A stretch of DNA of 64,000 nucleotides, taken from contig CAJINV010000001.1 of assembly GCA_905178155.1 (NCBI GenBank), positions 8,631,642-8,695,641 on the forward strand, in the 5' to 3' direction. The stretch is from Amoebophrya sp. A120. Lineage: Eukaryota; Protista; Dinoflagellata. This document shows, piece by piece, positions 38,010 through 49,547 of this stretch (its first letter is position 1; each line of letters opens with the position of its first letter). The notes beneath the pieces are model-generated. The model ran no database searches. It saw only the letters and a list, made by a program, of their open reading frames with translations, and was not told where the DNA came from. Both the position numbers and the translations under genes were made by a program.

Positions 38010-40274
38010 ATGGGAATCCGTCGAGTTTATTGTCGTGTGGAGGAGACGCACGGTCGACCGGGGATCGATGGCGATACTCCACGCACCGGAGTTTTGGACC
38101 AATTTCGGAGGAAGGCAAAACTTCTCGAAGAGGGCGCAATCAATATCAAGCAAGTCCATCTGTGTGGAAGGGCGATGCGTCGGAAATATTTCACGTACGT
38201 GAACAAATGCGCAGCAGCTAGCTCGCTGCAAAAAATCAAGCCCTTGCGCCTGGGTGGTCTCTCGCTCCGGGGCCAGTGCATGAACTTCGGCACGTCGAAA
38301 GCGGTGGCGCACCGCGCGTTCACGCAAGCAATAAGCCCGGACATCCGTGAGGCCTTTTTGAAGTTCCAATCTCCGGCTGAGCAGCAGCTGCGGAGGCTAA
38401 AGGTGGAAGATGAGGCGCAGTTCCACAGCTTGGTCGCCGAGGCCGACGGGGGCGCGCTGGCGTATTTTGGGGAGCTCGTGGCGGGAGCGAAGACGCGGCA
38501 CCGCAAGAAGCTGCTAAAGGAAAATCGGGCCGTGCTCTGCCAAGAGTTCTCTTCGATGATCACTTGCATCGCACTAAGCAGGCGCAAGGCCGCCATAAGA
38601 GGGAAGGCGATTGCCCGGCGTCTTGTCCGAGCGTTATCCGCGAGAAAGCGGATGGTCGCTCTGCGCAAGGGGATGAAAAAAGGCAGACCGACGGGATCGA
38701 TCAAGGGGCGGGCAAGGAAGACGGAACTCCTTGCAGCGGAGTCCAGTTTCGCCCGCGGGAACAAGAAGGATCCGCGCGCAAAGGAGAGCAAAGCTTCAGA
38801 AGCAGAAAGTGGGGCACTACACCACGGTAAAGTCGATTTATTGGAACTGAGTACAGCTGCAGCTAGTAATGAGCCGAAAAATTATGTGCTGACAAAAATC
38901 GGCCTGGGAAATAAAGGTGACGCAAAGGCGGGCAAGAAGAAGACGAAGATCGGCAAAAGAAATGACGAAAAAATCAACAAGCTGGCGGCCAAGATTGTGG
39001 CCAAGCTCGTGGCAAAGATCGCATTACGTGTGAAGCATTCTCAGCGAAGTCGTAGGTCGCGTGAAGGTGCGGGTGCAGCGCGAGCGGCTGCGGAGAAGGC
39101 CTCTGATCGACTTGAAGTGGGAGATGGACTAGATGCCGCTATGGTCGTGAAGAAAGGCACTAGCGCAAGCGCTATCGATGAACAAGTAGGAGGTTGTGCG
39201 AATTCTTGCGGAATGATGCAGCTGCAGATTGGTGAAGAGAGGGAAAAAATACGACCCGAAAAGAGAAGAGCGCCCACCTCTACTCTAGTTCTTCGGGATG
39301 AAAATGCAGCGGGTTCTTCCAAGATTAGTTTCATCTCCGAAAAAAAGAGTGTTCCCACCCCTCCCTCACAACCACAGGATCCGGGTCTGCAACCAGTCGC
39401 AGTCATACTAGCAGAGCACTACAAAAAGAGATCGGCCTGTTTAACTTTTCATCATGTTGCTTCATTCGATCAGGATCCTGTTCCCGCAAGTTCTTTGAGT
39501 TTTGTGCTCTCGGGCTCTTCGCTCGTGCCCAAGATGCCCGTCTCAGCAACATCGCGTCATTGCCAGCCCGATAGCAAAATGCTTGTGGCCAGTGCCAAGC
39601 AGATGAAAGATCCGGCTCTCCTGAAACTAGACGTGCCAGTTGTGAAGGACGAGGCGTTAATACCTCCGATCAAACTCGAGAAGATGAGTCAGAACGTCGT
39701 TTTCAGTTTTCCGGTGGACGAGATTGGCTGCAGCATTCCTATTGTAGGAGACGAAGAAAAAGAACAAGACTGCTCTCCTACCACGAAAGCCTTGATACCT
39801 CCCATTAAGGATGATATGGATAAGGATATTCAAGAAAACAAGCCTCCGGACCAACCAGTGCTGTTAGCCCCCAATGATTGTGACAAAAGAACCAAGCCTG
39901 ACCAGAAAGCAGACCTTCCCATTAGCACCGACCGCGTTGATAGAAGTAGAATCCTCGAAGACCGCAATGCAGACCGCCGGGCAGACGCAGATGACCAGAA
40001 GGTTTTCAGCTGCAGGTACAGCCAGCTCCCGCCGCCTGTGCCGGGCCGGGTGTTTTGGAGACTGCGAACCCCACCTCATCCCCCGCGGTCGCCCCGGTCG
40101 CGCGATCGTGCGCCGGCCCGGCTGCCGCTGGGGGGCCGGCGGGGATCGCGCAGGTTTCGGGACGGGAAGCTCGTCCCCGGCCGCCCGCGCGAAAACTGCT
40201 GCTCCCGCCGGCGCCGGGTTGACCGGGAAACGCCCAGCGAAACCCGGAACCGGTGGTATCCGCGGAAGCCATAG
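38010..40274 (+). CDS. Hypothetical basic protein; 3' end uncertain
   Basis: ORF of about 750 codons, K/R-rich first half, no recognised domain. The last ~90 codons are ambiguous between frames. Confidence 0.55.
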   Translation: MGIRRVYCRVEETHGRPGIDGDTPRTGVLDQFRRKAKLLEEGAINIKQVHLCGRAMRRKYFTYVNKCAAASSLQKIKPLRLGGLSLRGQCMNFGTSKAVAHRAFTQAISPDIREAFLKFQSPAEQQLRRLKVEDEAQFHSLVAEADGGALAYFGELVAGAKTRHRKKLLKENRAVLCQEFSSMITCIALSRRKAAIRGKAIARRLVRALSARKRMVALRKGMKKGRPTGSIKGRARKTELLAAESSFARGNKKDPRAKESKASEAESGALHHGKVDLLELSTAAASNEPKNYVLTKIGLGNKGDAKAGKKKTKIGKRNDEKINKLAAKIVAKLVAKIALRVKHSQRSRRSREGAGAARAAAEKASDRLEVGDGLDAAMVVKKGTSASAIDEQVGGCANSCGMMQLQIGEEREKIRPEKRRAPTSTLVLRDENAAGSSKISFISEKKSVPTPPSQPQDPGLQPVAVILAEHYKKRSACLTFHHVASFDQDPVPASSLSFVLSGSSLVPKMPVSATSRHCQPDSKMLVASAKQMKDPALLKLDVPVVKDEALIPPIKLEKMSQNVVFSFPVDEIGCSIPIVGDEEKEQDCSPTTKALIPPIKDDMDKDIQENKPPDQPVLLAPNDCDKRTKPDQKADLPISTDRVDRSRILEDRNADRRADADDQKVFSCRYSQLPPPVPGRVFWRLRTPPHPPRSPRSRDRAPARLPLGGRRGSRRFRDGKLVPGRPRENCCSRRRRVDRETPSETRNRWYPRKP

Positions 40275-41537
40275 TACCAGTAGGGATGCGCCACGCTGTT
40301 GCTGTCCCACCGCAGTCGCTGACCTGGTCGCCGGGAGGCAGCGCGCTGCGCCCTCTAGGGCTGTCGATCTTCATCTTCCATGTCGGTCCGAGCTTGTGTT
40401 TTAGCAAACGCGTGCGCTTGCTGTTCTACACAGCAAAACTTAACCATTCTCCTGGAATAGATAACGTTCGTGCCGATGTTTCTCCCGTGCTCCGCCCCGA
40501 TGCACGAGCTGTGTTGTCTGTCTATATTCGAAAGACCAGCATAATTTTATATTTTTCTAGTTGCGATGCGTCACGTATTCGGCACATCTTTGTGATTATC
40601 TGCAGCACCTGCTGAGCTTGAGTATGTGGAGTCATCAGCCACTGAACATGAAGAGGCTGTAATAAATACGACTCCAAGCGCGGTCGCTGATCGTGTTCCC
40701 ATTTGCAGGGTCGATCAAAGATGAAAATAATGCGGATATAATTCCCTGCATAGTGATAGCAGAAGATGAAGAAAGCGACGAAAGTTCGGTGCTTCATCTG
40801 CGGCAAGGTCTCGTGTGTCGTGCTTGAGCCTCACCTTCGTAGAAGTTTTTTCTTTTGTTTCCATATGCATGGCGACAACATGATAAATCGGTTTCTCTCA
40901 TGTAGTACTGTTGCGTTGGAGTTCGTTGAGTTCGGTACGGAGAGAAAGCGGCATGATCGCGAAAAAAATCGGTGTCACGGCCCGCATCGTGCTTCGGGTG
41001 TGTTGCTAGTTTCCTTTTTCGTTTGTTGTCCTTTATATCAGCCCGTTGGTCATGGACTTCCATTCGGTGTTTATGATGAATGTTTGCTCGGTGTTGGTTA
41101 AGTATCTTCTTGAATGCCAGCGTTCCCAATCGGTTTGGTGTTAAAGGTTGCCGCGTACACCACTTATGTGGATCTTTCGTGTCCAACATCTTCTTCATTC
41201 AGTCCAACGTTCCTCCGATTGGGACCCGCTCGATTTTTTTCAACATCTTTTGTTGATCAGGGACCGATAGGCAGCACTCATAGTAAGTACTTTCTTTTGG
41301 CACTAGCTGCAAGGGGAACCCCCGCCTGACGATCTTCAAAAATGTACAAGCGACTCCTATGGGAGTCCGAGTGCTCGCTGCACTCGGAGATCATCAAAAA
41401 GAGCAAGAGTCTTCTAAGTATATATACATACTAGCCACCCCCGGCGCATCCATACATGTTCGGCATCAACAGGTGGTAAGACCACTTGAAGATAGACAGC
41501 ACTTTTCAAAGTACTAACTTCACTGACAGTAAAAATC

Positions 41538-44500
41538 ATGGGTGCGGGTCCGTCCACGGGCCCGGCGAGCCAGCCGGAAGAGCAGGTCGAGGAGGCGGAG
41601 CTGCACCTTTTCTGCCACTCGTGCGGCAACCGAAAGGTTTTGCAGATCGACCCCGCCACGGGCTCGTACGAGCACCCGCAATGTTGCCCGTCCTGCGGGG
41701 AAGCCACGGCGCTGGAGCTGATGCCCTTTGCGGTCGACAACTCGTCGACCCAAAACTCGTTCGTGCACGAACCCGCGGTGGAGTGTGTGACGGTCGAACT
41801 GGACGAAGTCGACGAACAGACGGGCTACATTCACCTGCGGGTCTTGCCGAAAATCAAGAACCTCGATGACCGCTTCCAGGAGCAAAATGTCGTGGATAAA
41901 TCTCCGGTCCGAATATCTTCTAGTGAGCGGGATAGTAGTACAACTGGTGCGGATCATCGCACCATATGTACTCCTGTTGCGACTTCTGCACCACACCTCC
42001 TACAGGGTCGGACGTGCCATCGAGGAGCCGTGGACAATGGAAATAGTAACGCAAGAAGTAATCCAGGAGACGCAGTCGCAGGTTCTGTTGAATCAGGTGG
42101 ACAAGTGAGGACACGACAAGATGATCAGGAGGATCCGCAAGAAGGAATGATCATGAACGCAGCAGACACTACGGGTACTGCGGCCCGGCAAGCAGTAGAC
42201 CCGGAGTTGCTTGTGAGAACATCAACCACGACAGCACATCACTCGCCGTTCGAAGGCGTGTTGACGTCCGGAGCGCTTGCAGCTCAGCAAGAGCCAAATG
42301 TATCCTCTTCGGATAACGAAGTCGTGCCCGAATTCACGCCAACCGCACAGAAGCTGCTGGATTCCATTCTGCCCGTGCCGTACCGCGGGCGAAGGTACGT
42401 GTACAATCTGTTCGGGCAAAAGCCGAAGCGCAAGGACGGCCAGCAGAGCTCGGCCTCCGAGGCGATCTCGTCTGCGTCGGAGGTTGAGCCGACGGACAAG
42501 CTGACGCAACAGATTAGCGGGAGCAGCACGAAGCAGCGACACAGCACGCGTTCGCAGCAGCAGCAAAATCGGTCCAAGTTTGGAAAATTTCTGTCGGAGG
42601 CCATCGAGGCCGCGGCTTCGTCCACGGCGCTTGCCGGGACGACGGGCGGAGCAACTGGAGGGAGCAGCAGTACAACGGCTGCCGGGGGGACCACAGCGAG
42701 AAATTCCCAAACAACAACGACCGCGGGAGCTCCTCAACCTCCACATCTGGTTCACGCGGGAGCAAGCACAAACCGCCCGTCCGCGTCTCTGGCCTCTTCC
42801 TCGCTGAACCTGCACCAACACATCTTGGATACAACAACCACTTCGCAGGCCGCCAACACTTCTGCCAGTAACATGTCGCGGAACCTTATGATCCACAGGT
42901 ACCGCTCAGCTGGGCCAACGAGCGAGGCGGAGTGTGGTGGAGGGGCCCACCCGACGTCGAACCAGCAAGATGGCGCGACCAATTTTGGCACCATGTCCAT
43001 CGCCTCTTCGAATACGACCGTGAATCGCCGGAGTGTACACAACTACCACACGAGCCGGGCATCCCGTGCGTCCGACACCATCGCCTCCACCGCGTTCGAG
43101 GAGGAGTGTGCGATTTGCAAGGTGAATTTCGCGAAGTACGAGGAAGTCGTCGGGTTGCCCTGTGGCCACGTTTTCCACTTCGACTGCTGTCGCGACTGGC
43201 TGGCCCGCCAGCACACCTGTCCCATGTGCAGATTCGAACTGGAAGTGGACGATGGCACGTTCTTGCGGTCCGTGGGCCGCCACGCGGAGGCCGCGGTGTT
43301 GGAGGAGGAGGGGCACTGGTTTTCGGCGCTGATAAAGAAAAATGCGTCAGTGCACTTCGGCCTCCACTGCGGCGTCTGCCGTGCGACGCCCCTGTTCGGG
43401 AACAACGTGCACCAATGCGTGGAACGCAGAGGATTTTTCTCCTGCAGTAAGTGCTGGGTGTCCGGTCGGGCGAAGAGCGCGCATCCCGGGCACACGTTTC
43501 GGCCGTTCGACTGTTTCACATCCGTAAAGGACAAGTCGACGCTGCCGAGCATCACACTGGTGCCGGCAGCGGCCGATGGTGCGGGGTCGGACTCGCTTTC
43601 GGGAGTTGAGCAGCACCATGATTCGCGCGATGTCGAAGCGTTCAGCAGGCCGCAGGACGGTGAAATAAACAGCGTAATGTTGCTGGCGGGGACCACGGAC
43701 AGTCAGCAGTTGGAGCAAAGCATCAACACTAGTCTTTCGAGTTCCCCACTACAAAATGTCGCGATTGTATCGCAGCTTGAGGCCGACGCGGAGGAAGCTG
43801 CACTTGCGATTTCCCACGCGGATGTTGCCGGACGAGCGCTTGTTACCCAGCAGGACGAGGCGCAAGACGAGGCCCAGCCACAATCCGCTTCGCAACTGGA
43901 AAACTTTGACCCGTCGGTGTCCGCGGCGCAGTCTGTGTTGAAGTGCCGGGCGCAAGACTACCATATGAAGCAAACGCTTTTTCAGAGCCTGGAGAGAGCG
44001 CCACTCTTCGACACCAGCCCGCTGAAAAAATTTGACGACGCGGAGGAGCGGGACCGAGCGGACCGGATCCTCGCGACTGCGAGGAAGTATCGTGAGGGAG
44101 AACTAGCGCCGCGCGTGAATAGCGCCAGAAATTTGTGGGAGAAGAAAAGCGAAGAGAGCAAGAAACCAGCGGGACGGCTTCATCGCGGGTCTGTCAGCAG
44201 CATTCGGAAAAAGCACTTCTTCCCGACAGCGAAAGGGCCGGAGAAAGTGGAGAGGGAATTGTTGGGCAGTAGAGCGAATGGTGGAGCAATGTCGGCTACC
44301 AGCAGTGCGGGAGGTGCATCTTCGTCGTCGTCCTCGTCTCAACCGCATTCTACTTCCGGTCCGAGTCAAAATGCAAGCGCCGCGTGTTCGCTTTCACCGC
44401 ATCGCGGGCCGCACGTGGGGCTGCAACTGAAGCACGGGCCAGACTACTACCACCACGGGTGCGTGGCCAACAACGCGGAGGAGAGCTCGCGCCAGACCGG

Positions 44501-46022
44501 GGACATTCTGTCTTCGCACTACGACCACGTGTACTCAAACATGCTGTTGCAAGGCCTCGCCGAGAGAGAGTGGGCGCAGCGGTTTCTTCTCGGTCAGCGG
44601 GGCGGACGCCACCTGGTGACGCGAAGACCTCCTGGTGCTCCCGAAGGAATGCAGGAATCAAACAATCGGGACGACGACGACGACGTGGAGCAGGGTGATT
44701 TAGATGATGATGGGACGAACAAGGAACCTGCCGAGGCAGGCACAGCTCCAGCTGCGCAACACGGGGACGATCCAACTTCGGAGCAGAACACTTCAAGGTC
44801 CAGCTTTTCCTTCGGCGTCTTCGGCTCGTCCTTGCGCCGAGAGAAGAGCAGTGCAAGTGCGGAAGTCGCGGCCCCGAATCCGCAGCTCGACGTCACCACG
44901 AGCTCTGTTTTCCAGGGAAAGGCCCTGAGCATGTCGTCAATCGGCACCACAATTGGAGCGGGACAGAGTTCTACAATTACCGCGAGCTGCATCTCCTCCG
45001 GAGCACCACCACATACAACATCGAGTCTGCTCAACAGCGACAGTGGCGGTACTATGGAGCTGTTACCGTCTGTGGCCTCCAGGCGCCCCAGCGCCGATCT
45101 GCCGCGGCCCGACACCGCACCCAGCAATCAGCTGGACGACAGTGGAATTGAGAGTAGTAACTCTCAACACCGCAGAGGAGGAGGACCTCCTCGTGCCAGT
45201 ACCGCTGCTGCGAGTCGCCGACATAGTCAAGTGAGCGCATTTTCGCAGAGCTCGTCCACGAGCGCGTTGTCCGAGACAACAAGCGCAGCATCCTCGCTGA
45301 TGATCCAGGGTCGGCGCACCGCCGCGCGTCTCCGCCGAGCGGTGGATACGGAGGACGTCGTGGTCTCCCAGGCACTAGCATCCTGCACGAACTTTTTCGC
45401 CCTTCCGCTCGTCCGGAGCACACTGGATAAAATTTCCAAGAAGACGCACGAGAAATCGCAGACGGCCCTGTATCACAGCCGGGGCTGGAACCCGCTGGAT
45501 CGCCACGGCTGGGACCAGCGGTGGATCGTGGACAAGCGGAAGGCGGTTTTGGGCGCGAAGCGGTTCGGCTCCGTGGACTTCTTCGACAAGAAGGTGTACG
45601 AGGTTCCCAACCACGCGTTTCTCACCGAGGAGTCCGCCCGGGTGCAGTTCCAACGGAGCGCCGTAGCGCGGCCCGCGAAGGTTTCCGAACCCACCTCGGT
45701 GTCCGCCTCGCAGCGGGCGGCGGGCGGCCGGGGCTCGAATCGCCGCAACCAGCACCACATTGCCGGCCCGCTCGCGACCGGGGTTGGGAGCGACAAGGTG
45801 GTCGACACGCTGGTGTCCAAGCACGGCTCCATGGACAATTACGATGCCCACAGAGACGCCAATCCCAACACCGCACCCTTACACTACATGAGCGTCGAAC
45901 GGCGCCGCTATCAGGAACGACCGGACAGCTCGCCACGACCGACGCTGCTTACCGGGTTCGGGCGCGGGCTTCCGGGAAAGTCCGGCCTTGTCCACACGGG
46001 GACGAGCGGCAGCTGGGCGTGA
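41538..46022 (+). CDS. RING-H2 E3 ligase-like protein with an N-terminal zinc ribbon and a ZZ-like finger
   Basis: 1494-aa ORF. FCHSC..CPSC ribbon; CAIC..LPCGHVFHFDCCRDWL..CPMCR RING-H2; HCGVC..CVE..CSKC..HPGHTF ZZ-like. Confidence 0.8.
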   Translation: MGAGPSTGPASQPEEQVEEAELHLFCHSCGNRKVLQIDPATGSYEHPQCCPSCGEATALELMPFAVDNSSTQNSFVHEPAVECVTVELDEVDEQTGYIHLRVLPKIKNLDDRFQEQNVVDKSPVRISSSERDSSTTGADHRTICTPVATSAPHLLQGRTCHRGAVDNGNSNARSNPGDAVAGSVESGGQVRTRQDDQEDPQEGMIMNAADTTGTAARQAVDPELLVRTSTTTAHHSPFEGVLTSGALAAQQEPNVSSSDNEVVPEFTPTAQKLLDSILPVPYRGRRYVYNLFGQKPKRKDGQQSSASEAISSASEVEPTDKLTQQISGSSTKQRHSTRSQQQQNRSKFGKFLSEAIEAAASSTALAGTTGGATGGSSSTTAAGGTTARNSQTTTTAGAPQPPHLVHAGASTNRPSASLASSSLNLHQHILDTTTTSQAANTSASNMSRNLMIHRYRSAGPTSEAECGGGAHPTSNQQDGATNFGTMSIASSNTTVNRRSVHNYHTSRASRASDTIASTAFEEECAICKVNFAKYEEVVGLPCGHVFHFDCCRDWLARQHTCPMCRFELEVDDGTFLRSVGRHAEAAVLEEEGHWFSALIKKNASVHFGLHCGVCRATPLFGNNVHQCVERRGFFSCSKCWVSGRAKSAHPGHTFRPFDCFTSVKDKSTLPSITLVPAAADGAGSDSLSGVEQHHDSRDVEAFSRPQDGEINSVMLLAGTTDSQQLEQSINTSLSSSPLQNVAIVSQLEADAEEAALAISHADVAGRALVTQQDEAQDEAQPQSASQLENFDPSVSAAQSVLKCRAQDYHMKQTLFQSLERAPLFDTSPLKKFDDAEERDRADRILATARKYREGELAPRVNSARNLWEKKSEESKKPAGRLHRGSVSSIRKKHFFPTAKGPEKVERELLGSRANGGAMSATSSAGGASSSSSSSQPHSTSGPSQNASAACSLSPHRGPHVGLQLKHGPDYYHHGCVANNAEESSRQTGDILSSHYDHVYSNMLLQGLAEREWAQRFLLGQRGGRHLVTRRPPGAPEGMQESNNRDDDDDVEQGDLDDDGTNKEPAEAGTAPAAQHGDDPTSEQNTSRSSFSFGVFGSSLRREKSSASAEVAAPNPQLDVTTSSVFQGKALSMSSIGTTIGAGQSSTITASCISSGAPPHTTSSLLNSDSGGTMELLPSVASRRPSADLPRPDTAPSNQLDDSGIESSNSQHRRGGGPPRASTAAASRRHSQVSAFSQSSSTSALSETTSAASSLMIQGRRTAARLRRAVDTEDVVVSQALASCTNFFALPLVRSTLDKISKKTHEKSQTALYHSRGWNPLDRHGWDQRWIVDKRKAVLGAKRFGSVDFFDKKVYEVPNHAFLTEESARVQFQRSAVARPAKVSEPTSVSASQRAAGGRGSNRRNQHHIAGPLATGVGSDKVVDTLVSKHGSMDNYDAHRDANPNTAPLHYMSVERRRYQERPDSSPRPTLLTGFGRGLPGKSGLVHTGTSGSWA

Positions 46023-47119
46023 AATTTTTATAAAGGCTGGGTAGGGTTGCGGTTGGTGCACGTAAGTTATCAGTAGACAAACATCACAACATTAATAAAT
46101 TTTACGTCAGATCAAACACAATAAACAAGAGAAGCAGTAGAAGGGTGTGGATCTGCCTTTTGGTAACTGACACACGCATTATTAGTAAAGGTCTCTGCAG
46201 TAATTGCCTTTTTGCTGCGATGACGATTCCCTGAACCTTTGGTTTTACACGAAATAAAAATTTAAGAAGCAGATGGAGTCTTGTCTTGCTTTCCCTGCAG
46301 GACTGCCTGCTTATACATACGTCGGACCTCGCTGCTGGAGCTTCGGAGGTACCCTAAAAGAACACATCGCCAAGTGCGAAAAATTGAATACGATTCGAAT
46401 AACTTGGCTTTCTGGCCTCACCAGAGCAGCATATCGTCGTGCAAAGGAAAATTGCAAAAGAAAACCCAAAGGCCATGCTTGGCGTCGTCAATCTCACTCT
46501 CAGTGCTCGCCCGTGCTACTGCAATGAATGTTGTGGGCGATCTTCATGTTCTTCATATCGAAAATGCTCGAAGTGCTTCGTCGTTCGAAAGCCAAGACAT
46601 CACGTACAAGCTTTAAATATCTCCTCGTTGGTCACCAAGAATTGCAGAAAGGTCGTGATTGAATGCGTTCGTACAGGCGTCTGTGGGTCGTTCAGTATTC
46701 TTGAGATGTTCGTCCTAATGTCGTCCGTGACGGACGTAAAACAAAAAAAGAACTGCAAGCACTTTGCCGTACTTATCGACCGCATCAGGGAAAAATAACC
46801 TTTCTTCTGCATGTAGCCCAATTCCGACACCCCGAAACCCGGGCAACGTAGCTTTTTTAGGCTCCAGTTTTTCACCCCTAGTCTCTGAAATTGGCGTATC
46901 CCCCATAGATAGATCTAACCATATCTTTCATCACTTTGCCATTTAACTTTTTTTGGATTTTTTTTTGTAGTCTTTGCGCTAGTAGCGCAGTCGCTTCATA
47001 TATACTTCCGCAGAACTGGAAGTAAACCTAGGGCAACCCCCTACGCGATTTTTTTTGCTTACAAAATTTTTTACTTTTCAAAAAGAAGTTGAAGTACTAC
47101 TCCCCCACAAAGCAATACG

Positions 47120-49547
47120 ATGTTGCAGGCATCGTCGCTCGAGTCCGCTGTTGTGCAACACAACAACGGTAAGAACGGCGTTGCTGACCCATTAGCTCCT
47201 AAGCAACTAACTTTTGAAGAGCGCATGCAGGAGCGCGAGCGTAGTCAGTCGCCTGGTAGTCCTCGGCGCAAGCCGAAGGAACTAAGTAGACGAGAGAAAA
47301 AGAGACTTTACCGCCTCAACACCGCGGCGCAAGAGTCGGTTTCTGAGACAGTCAAAGAATTGCGTGACTCTGTCGAGGAGCTCGTCGGACATGAGGCTGA
47401 CTGGCGGCGACAAAAAGAGGAAATGAAAAAGTACGGTAAATGCAGTGTGTTTGCCACTACAGAAGATCGGGAACGCTATTTGAGTAACATTAGAAAGGAA
47501 GTTTCGAACACCCCCATTCCCGATAAGAAACAACTCCGACTCGAGGCGGAGGAGGACGCCGCTCTGACCGCGCCCCCGAAAAAGAAAAAGTCCCCGAGAC
47601 GTAGACAGCGTCCCCACAGCCCGGGCGTTAAGAATAACACGTTTCGGAGGTCCAGGACTCTAGACACTAAGTTACCAAAAATATCCGAGCAACTACCCGT
47701 TGTTAGCCACGCAGAAGACACCAGTACAGCCCTCGCTACAACTACAACTTCTAAAGAAAAAAGTACATCTAAATCCACTACAACTAGTCGGCGCGTATCC
47801 CTGCCCCCTATCCCCGTTAAGAACAAGAGAGTCTCCGACCCGAAAGATGAGCCCCATCGTGTAATCTCGTTGAAGGAACTCAAAACCCCACACATTTGCA
47901 ATACCAAACTCCTACGCAAACAGTTAGAACGTGAGGAAAGACAAGAGGCCGCTCGTTTGGCGGAGTGGCATGCTCAACTGAACAAATACGAAGATCCTGA
48001 AAAAATGACCTCTTCGCAGGGAGCTATCGTGCCCGCGGAGCCGATCCCGGACTGGCTCTCTACAAAAAGTTTGGCGAAGCGAAGGTACTAAACTATGATG
48101 GATATTTTATTATGTGCCTTTTTTCCACCTCGCATCCTGAAAACGCGAGAAACGATAGATGACTACACAGCGTGCTAGTACACTCACTTTTGCAATAAAT
48201 GCACAGCTCTGTGGAAGATGATACAGAAATGCAAAAAACACTTTTTTCAAACAAATTCAGGTACCTTCCAGCGTCAACAGGCAATCTCCATGGTCTGCAG
48301 GCAGGAGAGTTCCACAACACAAAATGGCCATTACCGAAGATGTTTGGCCAGGAGAAATACGCCTTTTCGCTGATCGACATTGAAGACCCAAGGTACGACG
48401 CTTATGTGCATTTCGAACAAACGGAAACTTCGTGCCTTTACATGATTCTTCTGTGGCATGATGGTAGCTTTTATTGGCCTTGCAAAGATAACAAAACGCA
48501 ACCTGAACCTTTTCCAAACCACCCGGCAGGTACGTCGACGAGTGCGCGAGCATGAGCAAGCAGCTGATACACTACTTCTACGACCAACAAATTTTCGACC
48601 TCAAGTGGAGGGAAACGTACTTACACACAGTTTTTATTTGCGATACTGATAGTGCACCACTAGGACTAGCATAGTAGTACGGACATACTGAGTTTCCTGC
48701 GCATAATGTTCCTGATGGAATCTAATCTACTTCGGCTTTCCCTGGTCGTGTGACATCAACATGCAAACCGGCGAAACAGATCACATCACGATTCTTGCAT
48801 GTTCCTATAAAAAACAGGTACAAACAACTGATCCGGGCCGAGAAGAGGAGAGCGAACTTGCCAGCGCTGGCATCAAACAAAGCAAAGGATGAACTGGATG
48901 GCAACGTCAAGAAATTCAAAAAGTATAGAGTTTGCTAAGATGTTGGTTTAGCATTAGCTTTCCCTTTAGGTAGCAAAATATCTTCCATTTTTTTGGCGTG
49001 CAAAATCAAATGCACCGACGTCAGCGTGTTGTATCCGCAACAAGAAGTAACTACAAGTGCGTTGTTTCTATTCGGTTGTACTCGATGAAAACTAGGTACC
49101 TACTCGAGCTCCAGGAGCAGCGGGATTTGTATCAGACGAAGATCGACGGCATTTTCGAGCGGTGCGCCCAGATCAAGCGGGGCATCAAGAAGGAGAATGA
49201 CCTCGAGGAACTGCGAATGGAGATGACCGGTCGGGTGAAGGCCAAGTTCGCCCAGGAGGACGGATTCTGGTCCACGCAATTCAACTGCACCCGCCCCGAT
49301 GATGCCAGGGGTATGTTTGTTTTGTTGGATGAAAATATTCTTCTTTGTGTACAAGAACTTGTAGCGCTACGGTGAAGTGCTTCTTATGTATGATCGCTAA
49401 TATGTCCCGAATGCCTTGTGAATAACGATGGAATGTTTGCGCTTCTTGATTTGATTCCCGTCTTTTTTGACTCTGCATGGTTCCATCCGTAAGCGCATTT
49501 CTTCAATTTTTGCAGGTAGCGACGACGATCTGTTGCTTTCCGACTGA
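47120..49547 (+). CDS. Hypothetical coiled-coil protein, six exons
   Basis: In-frame GT-AG introns 48085-48260, 48393-48529, 48617-48817, 48923-49095 and 49311-49515; stop TGA 49545-49547. Confidence 0.65.
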
